DNA of 64,000 nucleotides from Hemiscyllium ocellatum (Eukaryota), in the NCBI RefSeq assembly GCF_020745735.1, contig NW_026867492.1, positions 124,001 to 188,000 on the forward strand, read 5' to 3'. This document shows, in pieces, positions 1 through 11,520 of the stretch. Numbering within the stretch: the stretch's first letter is position 1; each line of letters begins with the position of its first letter. The position numbers and the translations under genes were made by a program. The notes under the pieces are model-generated. The model ran no database searches and was not told the DNA's origin. It saw only the letters and a list, made by a program, of their open reading frames with translations.

Positions 1-224
1 GACAGTCACTCAATCCATCGGGACCTCAACGATTTTCAACTATGATTCTTTGAGAAGGAGCAAAACATTTTGGTTCCTGTTTCAGACAATTTTCAGCATC
101 AGCGGGACTGGATGAGAGTCTCTACTGTTACAGCGCACTTTGTGTAAAGCCTGAAACAGTTATACGGCCAGGAAAGAGGAATTTACTGTGGACAGGGGCC
201 ATACACGAGGCTGTAGCTGCAGCC

Positions 225-1400
225 ATGGTTAAACCAGAGGACTCCCACACCGTGGAGAAACCGTGGAAGTGTTGCGACTGCGGGAGAGGCTTCCATGCCC
301 CATCTGTCCTGGAGATTCATCGGCGAAGTCACACCGGGGAGAGGCCATTCTCCTGCCCCGAGTGCGGAAAAGGCTTTACCTGCTCCTCCCACCTGCTGGA
401 CCACCGCCGAGTCCACACTGGGGAGAAGCCATTCTCCTGCCCTGAGTGTGGGAAGGGCTTCACCTACTCCTCCCACCTGCTGGCCCACCAGCGCGTCCAC
501 GCTGGGGAAAGGCCCTTCCCCTGCTCTGAGTGTGGGAAGGCCTTCAGCAAATCCTCGGACCTGCTGAAGCACCAACGAGTCCACAGAGGGGAGAGGCCAT
601 TCAGCTGCCCTGAGTGCGGGAAGGCCTTCAGTGATTCCTCGATTCTGCTGAGGCACCAGTGGGTCCACATCGGGAAAAGGCCGTTCTCGTGCCCTGAGTG
701 CAGGAAGGGCTTCACCCGCTCTTCTGCTCTGCTGACCCATCTGCGGGTCCACACGGGTGAAAAGCCCTTTAGCTGCCCCGAGTGCAGGATGGCCTTCAGC
801 AGGTCTTCCCACCTGCTGAGGCATCAGCGAGTCCACACTGGGGAGAGGCCGTACTCCTGCCTCCAGTGCGGAAAGTGCTTTACCCAGCCCTCCAACCTGC
901 TGACCCACCAGCGGATCCACACCCGCGAGAGACCGTTCTCCTGCTCCGAGTGCGGGAAGGGTTTTGCTGTTTCCTCTAACCTCGTGGCCCACCGGCGGGT
1001 CCACACGGGGGAGAGGCCATTCAGCTGCCCCGAGTGCGGGAAGGCCTTCAGCAATTCCTCTGCCCTGCTTAGGCACCAGCGCGTTCACACCGGAGAGAAG
1101 CCGTTCTCCTGCCCAGAGTGCGGGAAGGGGTTTACCCGCTCCTCCACACTGCTGACCCACCAGCGGGTCCACACAGGGGAGAGGCCATTCAGCTGCCCCG
1201 AGTGCAGGAAGGCCTTCAGCGATTCCTCCGCTCTGCTGAAGCACCAGCGAGTCCACACCGGGGAGAGGCCCTTCAGCTGCCCTGAGTGCGGAAAGAGGTT
1301 TACATTTTCCCGCAACTTGCGGAAGCACCAGCGGGGGCACCAGCGCTCACAACAATCAGATTCCACCGCTGACACTGCCATGAGTAACCCCCAGGACTGA
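225..1400 (+). CDS. C2H2 zinc-finger protein, 13 tandem fingers, no effector domain visible (ZNF-A, copy 1)
   Basis: 391-aa ORF with good Kozak context (GCAGCCATGG). 13 Cx2Cx12Hx3H units joined by TGE[KR]P-type linkers, with all Zn ligands intact. Confidence 0.92.
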   Translation: MVKPEDSHTVEKPWKCCDCGRGFHAPSVLEIHRRSHTGERPFSCPECGKGFTCSSHLLDHRRVHTGEKPFSCPECGKGFTYSSHLLAHQRVHAGERPFPCSECGKAFSKSSDLLKHQRVHRGERPFSCPECGKAFSDSSILLRHQWVHIGKRPFSCPECRKGFTRSSALLTHLRVHTGEKPFSCPECRMAFSRSSHLLRHQRVHTGERPYSCLQCGKCFTQPSNLLTHQRIHTRERPFSCSECGKGFAVSSNLVAHRRVHTGERPFSCPECGKAFSNSSALLRHQRVHTGEKPFSCPECGKGFTRSSTLLTHQRVHTGERPFSCPECRKAFSDSSALLKHQRVHTGERPFSCPECGKRFTFSRNLRKHQRGHQRSQQSDSTADTAMSNPQD

Positions 1401-1474
1401 TTCTCCTGACAGTGGGTGCAGTGGGAGAGTTGGTGCACTGTATTTGTTTTCCGTTGGACTGCAACCCCACGGTG

Positions 1475-1870
1475 GCTCAGAGGTGGCATGGTGACTGAGT
1501 GATTAGCACTGTTGCCTCATGGCACCAGGAACCAAGGATCAATTCCACCCTTGGGGCGACTGTCTGTGTGGAGTTTGTGGAGGGTAGGAGAATGGATGAG
1601 ATAAGAAACCGCTGCCTGCCTTGAGACAAGTCTCCCGGAGAGAACTTGCTGACTGATTGATTGTCTGATCTCCTGATCCTCACAGTGCCCTATTGCCCTC
1701 AGTTAACTGGAGGAGGTCCACACAGATGTACCGAAGCCCCTCTTTGGACTGTGGAAGGAAACCTGTGCAGACAGGGAAAGCATGCAAACTCCACATAGAC
1801 AGTTACCGGAGGCTGGAATTAAACTTGGGTCCCTTATGCTGTGAGGTAGCAATGCTAAGCAGTGTGCTAC
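1475..1870. mobile_element. Two fragments of tRNA-derived V-SINE (HE1-like) in opposite orientations
   Basis: GGTGGCATGGTGACTGAGTGATTAGCACTGTTGCCTCA... head on the plus strand at about 1482-1578. Reverse copy (AAACTCCACATAGACAG...GCAATGCTAAGCAGTG) at about 1740-1870. Confidence 0.7.
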
Positions 1871-2569
1871 CCCAATATGTTATAAAATTTGAATAAACCT
1901 ACTAAGTTGGAAATGTGTCCATGCCAAGAACTTACTGTAAATGTTTGGAAGCAAAAGTCCATCGAAATTGTCTTTGTGACGGATCTAAAACTTACTTCAT
2001 TAATGATTGAAAATACTTTGACCTCTGGAACTGTCTGCCAGAGAGTGTGTTGGAGTCAGATTCAATTACGGTATTCAAAATAGAGGTGGATCATTCAACT
2101 GAAAAGGAAAGCAATTGTAGTGTTCAGTGAAGAATAGTACAAGGTACTGTAGTGGATGTCAGAATGAATTTTCTGATTGGGGCTGTTCACTTGCTCCTGT
2201 TACCATTTCAGGTTGCTGACTTTTCGTTAGCATCCTGCACATGTTGGGATTTTTTTCTCCTTTCTAGGATCTATTTGAGTGACTCAGTGACAAATCTAGT
2301 TTATGAATTGTTCCTATGATATCTCATGAGAGGGTTTATGATATTCAGTGCTGTATAAATTGTTGTGGGTCACAATGTGTCCAAGTGAGGAAAAACAAAC
2401 TGTTCATCTTAAATATTTGTTTTTAAACAATGGAAATAAACAATGGAAAACACACACAACTTGCTGTGTAGGAATCATCATAAATAGGAATGGGAGTAAG
2501 TAATTGACTGTCGAGATGCTCTGTCTTTCATTTATCTAAATTCTCTTTCCTGTACTTGTTTTTTCGTGA

Positions 2570-3015
2570 CTTCATCTGCTGAAGTGACTACACTCCAAAA
2601 GCTTGTGATTTCAACATAAGAACTAGGAGCAAGAGTCGGCCTTCCGGCCCTTCGAGTCTGCTTCACCACTCAATAAAATCATGACTCATCTTTTCGTGGA
2701 CTATGTATGCTCCACTTACCTGCACTTTCACCATATCCCTTAATTCTTTTATTTTTTCAAAAACGTATCTACTGCTTCTAGTGATTGCTGAAGTAATGTC
2801 AAATACTTCCCTGGGCAAGGAATTCCATAGATGAACAACCCTCTGCGTGAAGAAGTTTCTTCTCAGTTCAGTTTTAAACCTGCTTCCTCTAATCTAGAGG
2901 CCATGCGCTCTTATCCTAGTCTCACCTACCAGTCCAACATTCTATTTCTATTTCTGTAAGATCATCCAAACAACCTGTTGGACTATAACCTGGTGTCATG
3001 TGACTTATGACTAAA
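2570..3015. mobile_element. Penelope-type terminal repeat interrupted by a minus-strand CR1 3' fragment (about 2615-2960)
   Basis: Degenerate hammerhead-like CTGCTGAAG...CAAAAGCTTGTGATTTCAA, resuming at AACCTGTTGGACTATAACCTGGTGT (same family as 15645-15765). The CR1 3' end CATAAGAACTAGGAGCAAG... lies between. Confidence 0.6.
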
Positions 3016-3389
3016 AAATGTGTTACCACGCATCCTCATAGCAGTGGGATTTCAGGGCTCGAAGATTGGGACACTACCACTGCATCATAAAATAAAACCC
3101 TCTGCAGCAAATAGGTCCTCTTCTATTGAATGAATGGGGAGAGGTTTCTTCTCAACATGGGGTACAAATATTATACCCTCAGAGCCCATTACACTGAATT
3201 GAGCCCTCTTCGGTTGAATGAATGGATGTGGAGGTGCCATAGTTGAAAACGTTAAAAATCACATCTTGCCCCTAAATATGTGACACTACCGCTATAGCCC
3301 CAGAGCCCGTTGCAGTAAATTGGGTCAGCTGCTGTTGAATGAATGAACGGGAATGAAAAGGGCGGATTCACTGAGCCGCTTGTGACATT

Positions 3390-3880
3390 CCCCACCAATC
3401 CCAAAGCTTGTGGTCGGTACCGACCAATCGGAGAGAGAGATTGCAGAGGGTGGGACAACATGACACACAAACACGGCCGCTATTGGTCAGGTGGAGACAG
3501 GTGCGCTCTGATTGGAGGAGGGGCGGATGACGCGCGTCACAGGAGGAGACGATGGAAAGAAGAAGAAAAACAAAAATGGCGGCGCGAGGCTGCGGTTTCT
3601 GACGGAGGGAGGGGGGCAGACAGGCATCGTTTACCTCAGAAAATACCTTTAAAATACATTTCACATTAAAGTCGGAACTTTTCAAACAAGAGGTGACGGT
3701 TACCAGGTGAACGGGAAAACAAATTAAAACTGTCGGCGGTGGAGGAGAGAGAGCCGGCGCCCGCGGCTTCTTCGGCGGCGGCCGGAGCCCAGGAGCTCAA
3801 CAACCCCCCGGAGCTGGAGGAAGGTCCGAGCTCCAAGAAGCGGGGGGTCCGGCTGGAGGCTGGATTTACTCAAGGCTTGT
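3390..3880 (+). promoter_or_regulatory. CpG-rich promoter/first-exon region (candidate promoter of ZNF-B)
   Basis: Several CCAAT/ATTGG boxes, GC box GGGGCGG, TGACGC half-CRE, YY1 consensus AAAATGGCGGC at 3573-3583, and high CpG density relative to flanks. Confidence 0.65.
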
Positions 3881-4839
3881 ATCTATTAACTTATTTAAAT
3901 GGTACCTACTGTATGGGGGTATGGTTTACATTAAAACCGGAGGATCATGTCAGAGTGTTTGTTTATATTGAGCAGTTGTAGTTGGTAAAATACACTCCCT
4001 GGAGGAACACCTTCTATGATGCTGCATTTCTTACCTTCTGCCCTTCCCCCATTTGTTATCTCTCATCTCAATTTTACATTTTCGGTCAAATTTAATTTCA
4101 CATTAATCAGCCTTGGTATTCATTGTGTATTATTAATTAATCTGTTGGATTATTGTAAGACAAAATTAATGGTGTAATTTCGTTTATGATGTCTGAGTTT
4201 GACATTGAATGTGCAGGTGTGAATACCAGTACGGTGTAAAAATAAATCAAGAGCTTGTCCTTTTTTAACAAAAAAAGGAGTTTAATGATATTATTGGCAC
4301 TGTCTCCTTGAGCATGATGATTCAAATCTGAGCAACAAACCATTTCATGCAGTCACCCAGTTTAATTCAAGTCGAAGAAAATAATTCTGGCAGGCTAAGA
4401 TTTATACAACCCAAAATATGATTGATTATCTTGTGTATTCTTACCTTTAAGCCGTAACAGAAGGCATTGCGTGGCAGTTTGAGACTGAAACACGGCTGGA
4501 AAGAATGTAGATTGATGAGGAAAATCAAATGGCAGAGTCTGAATCTGTCAGTCTGGCTTGATTGCATGAGTGGTGGTTCTTCAAAAGCATCTTCCAAGCC
4601 ATGACCTCAACCACCAAGAACAGAGAAGTGTGAACACAGGATTCCGACTGCAAGATATATCGCATTGCTTCTTTGTTATTGACCAAAATGCTGGAACTCA
4701 CTCCTGAACATTGTTGCAGACCACACCATGTTTGTGAAGCAATTTAAGAGGCAGCTCAGCACCACCTTTTCAAGGTCAGTTTGGAAAGAGTTGTTGGCAC
4801 AGCCAATGATATTCACATCTCATGAAATAGTAAGCAAAG

Positions 4840-5865
4840 AGCCCAGGGTGTTGGAGGCTGAATGTTAGCATGGATAGAGGATTGGCTAACTACCACAGTT
4901 GTGGTAAGGGGCATGTTCAGGATGGCAACTTGTAACTTGTGGTGTACCACAGGGATCAGCGCTGGGGTCAACATTATTTACAATATGTATACGAATTACT
5001 TGGATAAGTAAAGTGACTGTACTATTGCTAAGTTTGCAGAAGAGACAGTTGATGTGAAAGCAGGTGGTGAGGATGACATTAGATATCTGGAGAGGGATAT
5101 AGACAGGTTAAGCAAATGAACGAAAGCTTGGCAGATGGGAAAATGAGGTCATGCAGTTTGTCAGGAGGTGAAGAACTGAATATTAAATGGAGAAAACTTG
5201 AGAGGGATTTGGAATCACATCCACGAATCTCTTCATCCAATTTCAGTAAGTAATAGGGAGGCAAATGGGAGTTTGGCCTTTTCAACAGAGTATAAATGTA
5301 GAAAGGTTATAGTGAACCTTTGTAAGGCCCTAGTCAGGCCACAAGTGAATACTATGAACAGTTTAGGACCCTTTTACCTGAGGAAAGATATATTGGCATT
5401 GGAGGCAGTCCAGAGATGGTTGACCATGATGATATCAGGGATGGAAAGAATGTCTTATGAGGAGAACTGAATAGGTTGGGCCTGTGCTTATTAGAAGTTA
5501 GAAGAATTAGAGGTAACCTTATTGTCACGTACAAGATTCTGAGGAGACTTGACAAGCTGGACGTGGGAAAGTGGGTGAGTCTGGGACCAGAGGAAGTAAC
5601 CTCCAAATAAGAGATTGCATGTTTAGGACAGATAGGAATTACTCCTGAGGGCAGTAAATCTGTGGAACTTGATACTAAAAGGGCTGTTGAGCCTGGGTTG
5701 TTATGTGCATTCAAGGCTGAGATAGTGTTTGTTTTAATCAGTAAGCGAATTGAGGATTACTGAGGATTATGGGACAATGGCAGAAAAGTGGAGTAAATGT
5801 TTACCAGAATAATTGTGATCTGAATGAATGGCAGAGTCAACTCAATGGGCTGAATTGAACAGTAA
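4840..5865 (+). mobile_element. Old CR1 LINE, ORF2 3' part, degraded
   Basis: Remnant motifs VTCGVPQGS, AKFAE, LVRPQ, ALEAVQRW, MSYEE, ending in a CR1-type 3' tail. Confidence 0.8.
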
Positions 5866-5934
5866 ATACTAATGAGGAAAAGGATACAACTGGCAATTAC
5901 AGACCAGTCAATGTTGGGAAGCCTAGAGATTGTA

Positions 5935-6870
5935 GGGAGTTGGTGGCATTTGGGCATTGTTACTGGATTTAACATCTGGAGTTTCAAAATGATGCTGCTA
6001 TGGCCGCGATGCAATTTGAAATCAATTTATGTATCTGGAATATAAAGCTGCTTTGATGATCTTATCAATTGTCATAAGTACCGATCTTGTTCACTAATAA
6101 CCTTGTTTTTAAGGAAGGAAATCTTCAGTCCTTTCCCAGTTTGGTGAATGTGTCACTCTTGATCCAAAGTCATGTGATTGACTCTTAACTGCCCTCTGAA
6201 TTGGCACTTGGTTCTTTTAGGAGACAAAGTGTCACATTCCATGAATGAATAAAGAAAAATATTCAGGACAAGATTGTCACTGTCAGTGAAGGGAAGATTG
6301 TGATCTAGTGATACTGGTTAAGTAGCCCAGAGATTTCGGTTTTCTGAGAACAAAAATTAAAATCCCATCCTGGATGCTAGTGGACTTTATTTTCAATGAA
6401 TAAAAAGATCAGGAAGTGAGAGTTTGTCTCAGTACTGGCAACAAGGAAACCATTATTGGCTAAGACAATGAATTGCAGATGTTGGAGATCAGCAACAATT
6501 GCTGGGAAACTGCAGCAGGTCTGGCAGCATCTGTGGAAAGAAAACAATTAATGTTTTGAATCCAGCCTAATTTTGAAGGACCACCGGACTCAAAACAGTA
6601 ACACTGTCGTCTCCTCATAGATGCTGCCAGAACTATTGCTTTTGTCCAATCATTACTGATTGTTGTGAAAGTATTCTTTTCGGGAGGGAAATCTACCATT
6701 CACAACCCTACACATGTGTGCGCACGCTCACATCATGTGACTCCAGACCTACTACAATGTGGTTGACTCTCAACTAAGTTCTAGCATGTAGCCAATTGCT
6801 CGGTCAAAAGGCCATGAAGGATGGTGAGCAAATGTTGGACATGCGAGCAACAATCCCATCCCTCAAAATA
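5935..6870 (+). mobile_element. DeuSINE (SacSINE1-like) fragments with a Penelope-derived insert at about 6460-6640
   Basis: Deu-core-like AGGAAGGAAATCT...TGACTCCAGACC...ATGTGGTTGACTCT(T/C)AACT and a CATGAATGAATAAA tail. Confidence 0.55.
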
Positions 6871-6994
6871 TTTTCTTATATATTATAAAGCATAAGTTAA
6901 TGAAGGACAGCCAAAACAAACTGCTATGGGAAGGTCATGCCCAACTAACTTGATTTGCTTGTAGTTATAAATGTTGTTTTTAAAATCTTCTTCA

Positions 6995-7655
6995 GCGAGG
7001 ACATTGGTTCCATCATTGTTGCAATACTGCATGCAATTCTGTGCTTTCTGATACAGGAAGGGTGTTATGAAATTTGAAAGGGTTCAGAAAACATTTACAA
7101 GGATGCTGCCAGGGCTGGAGGGTTTGAGCTACAGGAAGAGGCTGAATAGATTGGGGCTGTTTTCCCTGGAGCTTTGGAGGCTGAGGAGTGACTTTAAAGA
7201 CATTTATAAAATCATGAGAGGCATGGGTAGGGTAAATAGGCAAGGTCTTTTCCCTTGGGTGGGGGAATCCAAAATTAGAGGGCATAGGTTTAAGTTAATG
7301 GCAAATGGAGTTTAATATAGATAAGTGTGAGTTCTTATATTTTGTATCGTCAAATCAAGACAGGAATTCCATGGTGAATAGTAGGACTTTAAGGAGTGTA
7401 ATGGAACGTAGGGATCTTGGAAGGACTCTAGCAAATTAGAGTCGAGATAAGCACCAAATAATAACACATACCAACAAGCACCAAATCTGTTTCATATGCA
7501 GGATTTCAAACCAAGAGATGTAGGGGTGCAGGTTCATCGCACCTGGAAAGTGGAGTCATGGGTAGACAGGGCGGTGAAGAAGACTTTTGGCATGTTTGCT
7601 TTCATCAGTCAGAGTACTGAGTACAGGAGTTGGGATGAATTATTGCAGCTGTCAT
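6995..7655 (+). mobile_element. CR1 LINE ORF2 fragments (rearranged)
   Basis: ORF 7067-7315 KFERVQKTFTRMLPGLEGLSYRKRLNRLGLFSLE..., followed by upstream-type CR1 sequence (DKCEFLYF...). Confidence 0.8.
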
Positions 7656-8533
7656 AGATTTCACATAACAACACAAGATGTAACCCTGCCCTCCCCTGAC
7701 TGACCGTCCCTTTGCATATCAGGGGGAAGATGCCCATTTAATTGTGATGATCAGGAAACATGCCATCCTTCAAAAACAGGGCTGTGTTCACAAATATTTG
7801 GACAGAGGAAGGAAGTTGAAGTTTGGGTGAAGATCAATCTTCATTCAGAGAGAGAAGAAGAGCAGCAGCAGCTTCTGAAATTCATGGTCCAACTTCTGAA
7901 AAGACCTTGTCTGATTTGCAGTTGTTTCTGGGCTTGTAATACCGTACTGCAGCATATTGTAGATCTTCAGTAAGAACGTCAATACTGCACTAGAGGTCCA
8001 TTCAGCAAGTTGAGTCCATGTGAACTCTTTGTTGAGGTATGCAGTCTGCCCCATAACCCTGTTGGTTTACAGTTACATATAGATCTACACAAAGATCTTT
8101 GGGATTGAGAGGAAAGAATGTTCCACAGTAACTAGAATTACGTTTAGATTTTCTGTCATGGACTGACTGTGATGACCCTTGCAATCACTTCACAAGAATA
8201 TTACAAGAGAAGAATTTGGAGGCAGAAATCTCAGACCAAATATCACATCAAAGTCTGACAGTCACTTGATTCACGAGGACGTGGATATTGATGGCCTTGA
8301 AAACAAAGAGGAGAAAGTCTGTCTGCTTAGTTAGGTTTTAAACGTCAGTGTGACTGGAACCTTAGAGTCTCACATACCCACACACCAGAGTAGTGACTGG
8401 AACAAGCTTTACAGACTGAATGAGAGTGTTCCAATTATCAGAGGGTTCACCAGTAACACCACACACATGCTATAAGTGTGAGCGAGTTTTCAACTGATTG
8501 TTAAGGTCAGAGACAGACGAGGGCACCTGTACC

Positions 8534-9040
8534 ATGGAGAAACCGTGGAAATGTGGGGAGTGTGGGAATGGTTTCCCTTCGCTATCTGCGCTGGAGATTC
8601 ATTGGCGTTTGCACGTCGGGCAGCGGCTATTCACCTGTACTCACTGCAGGAAAGGCTTCACTCAGTTACACCACCTCCTGGCCCCCCAGTGGGTCCACAC
8701 CAGCAAGAACCCGTTCATCTGCCCCGTGTGTGGGCAGGGCTTCACTCAGTCACACCAGCTGTTGCCGCACCAGCGGATGCACACCGGAGAGAAACCATTT
8801 TCCTGCTCCGTGTGCGGGAAGGGCTACACCCGGTCGTATCACCTGCTGCTCGGCTTCCACGTCCACACTGGGAAGAAGCCGTTCACCTGTCCCGTGTGGA
8901 GCAATGACTTCTGTGATTCCTCCACCCTGCACAAACACCAGCGCATCCACACCAAGGAGCAGCCGTTCACCTGTCCAGTGTGTGGGAAGGGCTTCACCCA
9001 GTCGTGCAACTTGTGGAGACACCAGCAACTTCACAAGTGA
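8534..9040 (+). CDS. Short C2H2 zinc-finger ORF, 6 fingers of which 3 lack a Zn ligand (ZNF-B, copy 1; possibly a pseudogene)
   Basis: ACCATGG start at MEKPWKCGECG. Finger 2 has H>P (LAPQWVH), finger 4 H>G (LLGFHVH), finger 5 C>W (CPVWS). The frame is open to TGA. Confidence 0.65.
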   Translation: MEKPWKCGECGNGFPSLSALEIHWRLHVGQRLFTCTHCRKGFTQLHHLLAPQWVHTSKNPFICPVCGQGFTQSHQLLPHQRMHTGEKPFSCSVCGKGYTRSYHLLLGFHVHTGKKPFTCPVWSNDFCDSSTLHKHQRIHTKEQPFTCPVCGKGFTQSCNLWRHQQLHK

Positions 9041-9729
9041 GATTGCGCAGGGATTCAGGTTGGATTCTGCTGTTACCGCTGCTGAGAGTCACATCTTGAA
9101 CCCTGTTTAGTGGGTGAAGTGGGAGGGGTAAGGGGTTCCTTTATGCTGACTGGTCGCTCTCACACCCACTTTACTTCCAATGGGGGCTGATGCTCTCTGA
9201 GCCTGGGATTGCACCATCCCTACGGAACAGTCCACAGAAGTGGCTGAAGTGCATTTAGATCTGAAATAGATACATTTGTCTCTGTCCCATTGAGTCTCCA
9301 GCACAGTCGATCCAATTGGCCTCTGTCAGTGTTTATGCTACACCTGAGCATCCACCCACCCCTTCATCAGCATACAGGTATCCCCTGTTTTTGGAAGTTC
9401 ACTTTACCCCCTACCCCCTCCCCATCCAAGCCTGTGCCAATTCTTAATCCTAACTTAGATCTGCTATTTATTGCCGATGTGTGGTTCCTGTCCCTGTATT
9501 CACCTCCCATTCATGTGTCTATCCAGATATACCTTAAGTGTTGCTAAGGTGCCTCTTTCCACTCCATCCAATGGCAATGCATTCCAGGCATCCAGCATCC
9601 AACTGTGTGAAAAATCTTCCCTTTCAATTCTCCCCCAGACTGTCCCCTTCTCGCCTTGAACCTGTGCCCTCTTGTAGTTGACTTTTCCACTCTGGGGAGA
9701 GGGAAAGCCTCTGACTATCTAACAGACTA

Positions 9730-10090
9730 TCTGGCCCAACACCAAACATCCAAAGAATAATCCACACAGACCCATTTCCCTATCCCTATTACTCGACATT
9801 TACCCCTGACGAATGTACCTAACTTTCAATTCTTGAACACTGTGGGGCAATTTAAGCACGGACAATCCAACTTAACCTGCCAATCCCTGGGCAGTGGGTA
9901 ATTTAGCATAGCCACTCCACCCTAACCTACACATTTGGATTGTGAGAGGAAACCGGAGGAAACCCATATCGACACAGGGAGAATTTGCAAACTCCACACA
10001 GACAGTCGCCTGAGACTGAAATCGAACCAGTTTCCCTGGCGCTGTGAGGCATCAGTGCTAATGATTGAGCCACCATGCCACCCCCAACCA
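9730..10090 (-). mobile_element. HE1-like V-SINE
   Basis: Reverse complement reads GGTGGCATGGTGGCTCAATCATTAGCACTGATGCCTCACAGCGCCAGG...CTGTGTGGAGTTTGCA...GTTTCCTCCGGTTTCCTC, the same family as 35958-36273. Confidence 0.8.
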
Positions 10091-10205
10091 GCCAATCGGT
10101 GTGTCTCATCATTTTGTCGAGGTCATCCCTCCGCCTCTATCTTTACAGTGAAAATAATCCAGGTTTACCCCATCTCATCTCATAATGAGACCTCCAGACC
10201 AGGCA

Positions 10206-10487
10206 ATGTCCTAGTGAACCTTCTCTATACCCTCTCCCCAGAGCATCCATGTCCATGTTATCCATGTCCTAGTGAACCTTCTCTATACCCTCTCCCCAGA
10301 GCATCCATGTCCATGTTATCCATGTCCTAGTGAACCTTCTCTATACCCTCTCCCCAGAGCATCCATGTCCATGTTATCCATGTCCTAGTGAACCTTCTCT
10401 ATACCCTCTCCCCAGGGCATCCATGTCCATGTTATCCATGTCCTAGTGACCCTTCTCTACACCCTCTCCCCAGAACATCCATGTCCT
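10206..10487. repeat. Minisatellite, 58-bp unit x about 4.8
   Basis: ATGTCCTAGTGAACCTTCTCTATACCCTCTCCCCAGAGCATCCATGTCCATGTTATCC starting at 10206, 10264, 10322, 10380 and 10438. Confidence 0.95.
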
Positions 10488-10793
10488 TCCGCAATATTCT
10501 GAATGTGAACGGAATAAATCGCTGTAACATAACTCGCCAACTCTTACACTCAAGGCAAGCGTGCTGTGTGCCTTCTTGATCACGTTACCCACCTGTGTTG
10601 CCACTTTTGGAGATCTATATGGCCAGATCTCTCTCTATGCCGGTGCTTCTATGTGGTCTGAAATTTATCGTACAATTCTTGTATTTCCTATGTATCTGTA
10701 TCCAGCTTCACCTTAATTGTATTCCCCTCTTTATGTCTTTTCCCTTCTTTATCTCTTTTCCCCAATCCTCACCCCCTCCACTCATCAGCATAT

Positions 10794-11520
10794 CATAAGA
10801 CTATAGGAGCAGAAATGATGCCATTCAGCCCATTGAGTCTGCTCCACCATTCAATCACGGCTGATAAGTTTCTCAACCCCATCCTCCCCGTAACCTTTGA
10901 TCCTCTTGATACTCAAGAACCTAGTTATTCCCATCTTAAATGTATTCAGTGATCTGGCCTCCACAGCCTTCTGGGACAGTGAATTCCATAGATACAGCAC
11001 TCTCTGCCTGAAGAAGTTCTCCTTATCTCCGTTCTAAAAGGTCTTCCCTTTACTTGAAGGCTGAGCCCTCGGGTCCTAGTTTCTTCTACCAATGGAAACA
11101 TTTTCCCAACATCCACTCTGTCTAAGCTGTTCAGTATTCTGTAGGTTTCAGTTAGTTCCCTTGTCATCTTCTAAACTCCATTGAGTATAGACCCAGAGTC
11201 CTCTGATGTTCTTCATATGTTAAGCTTTTCAATCCTGGGACTTCTCTCATCAACCTCCTCTGAACATGTTCCAGGGCCTGTACCTCCTTCCTGAGATATA
11301 GGGCCCAAAACTGCGTACAATACTCCAATTGTGGCCTGACTGGAACCTTATAGACCCTCAGAAGTACATCCCTGTTTTTATATTCAAGTCCTGTCCAAAT
11401 AAATGCCATTGTTGCATTTGCCTTCCTCACTACTGAATCAACCTGTAAGTTTACTTTGAGAGAATCCTGAGCTAGAAGTCCCAAGTCTCTTTACTCTTCA
11501 GATTTCTGAATTTTCTCCTC
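10794..11520 (-). mobile_element. CR1 LINE 3' end (5'-truncated)
   Basis: ORFs 11164-11484 and 10946-11167 encode CR1 ORF2 C-terminus (VRPQLEYCTQFWA...; ETRTRGLSL). The 3' tail CATAAGACTATAGGAGCAG lies at the left end. Confidence 0.9.

Larger units (their letters stand above)
1..9765 (+). repeat. Copy 1 of a near-identical direct segmental/tandem duplication (offset 54,235 bp)
   Basis: Sequence from position 1 (GACAGTCACTCAATCC...) recurs from 54236 to the window end. Every ORF in 183-9659 is repeated at +54235. One difference noticed: A5555 vs G59790. Confidence 0.97.
9285..10690 (-). mobile_element. CR1 LINE 3' fragment with nested SINE and internal minisatellite
   Basis: Reverse-strand CR1 ORF2/3'UTR sequence (...AATGCATTCCAGGCA...CCAGGCAATGTCCTAGTGAACCTTCTCT...TGTTGCCACTTT). 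Confidence 0.65.

Noticed and set aside
183-1340. 385-aa antisense ORF (also 54418-55575, 16357-16800, 16861-17310, 25240-25617)
   Set aside because: These are the usual stop-free shadow frames of C2H2 finger repeats ([12 protein letters not shown] periodicity). There is no independent evidence of coding.
7690-8090. Non-repetitive segment with a 69-aa minus ORF upstream of ZNF-B as a candidate effector-domain exon
   Set aside because: No recognisable domain or convincing splice sites on the sense strand.
10206-10487. Possible CRISPR-like array
   Set aside because: Units are contiguous with no unique spacers, the context is eukaryotic, and the sequence derives from CR1.
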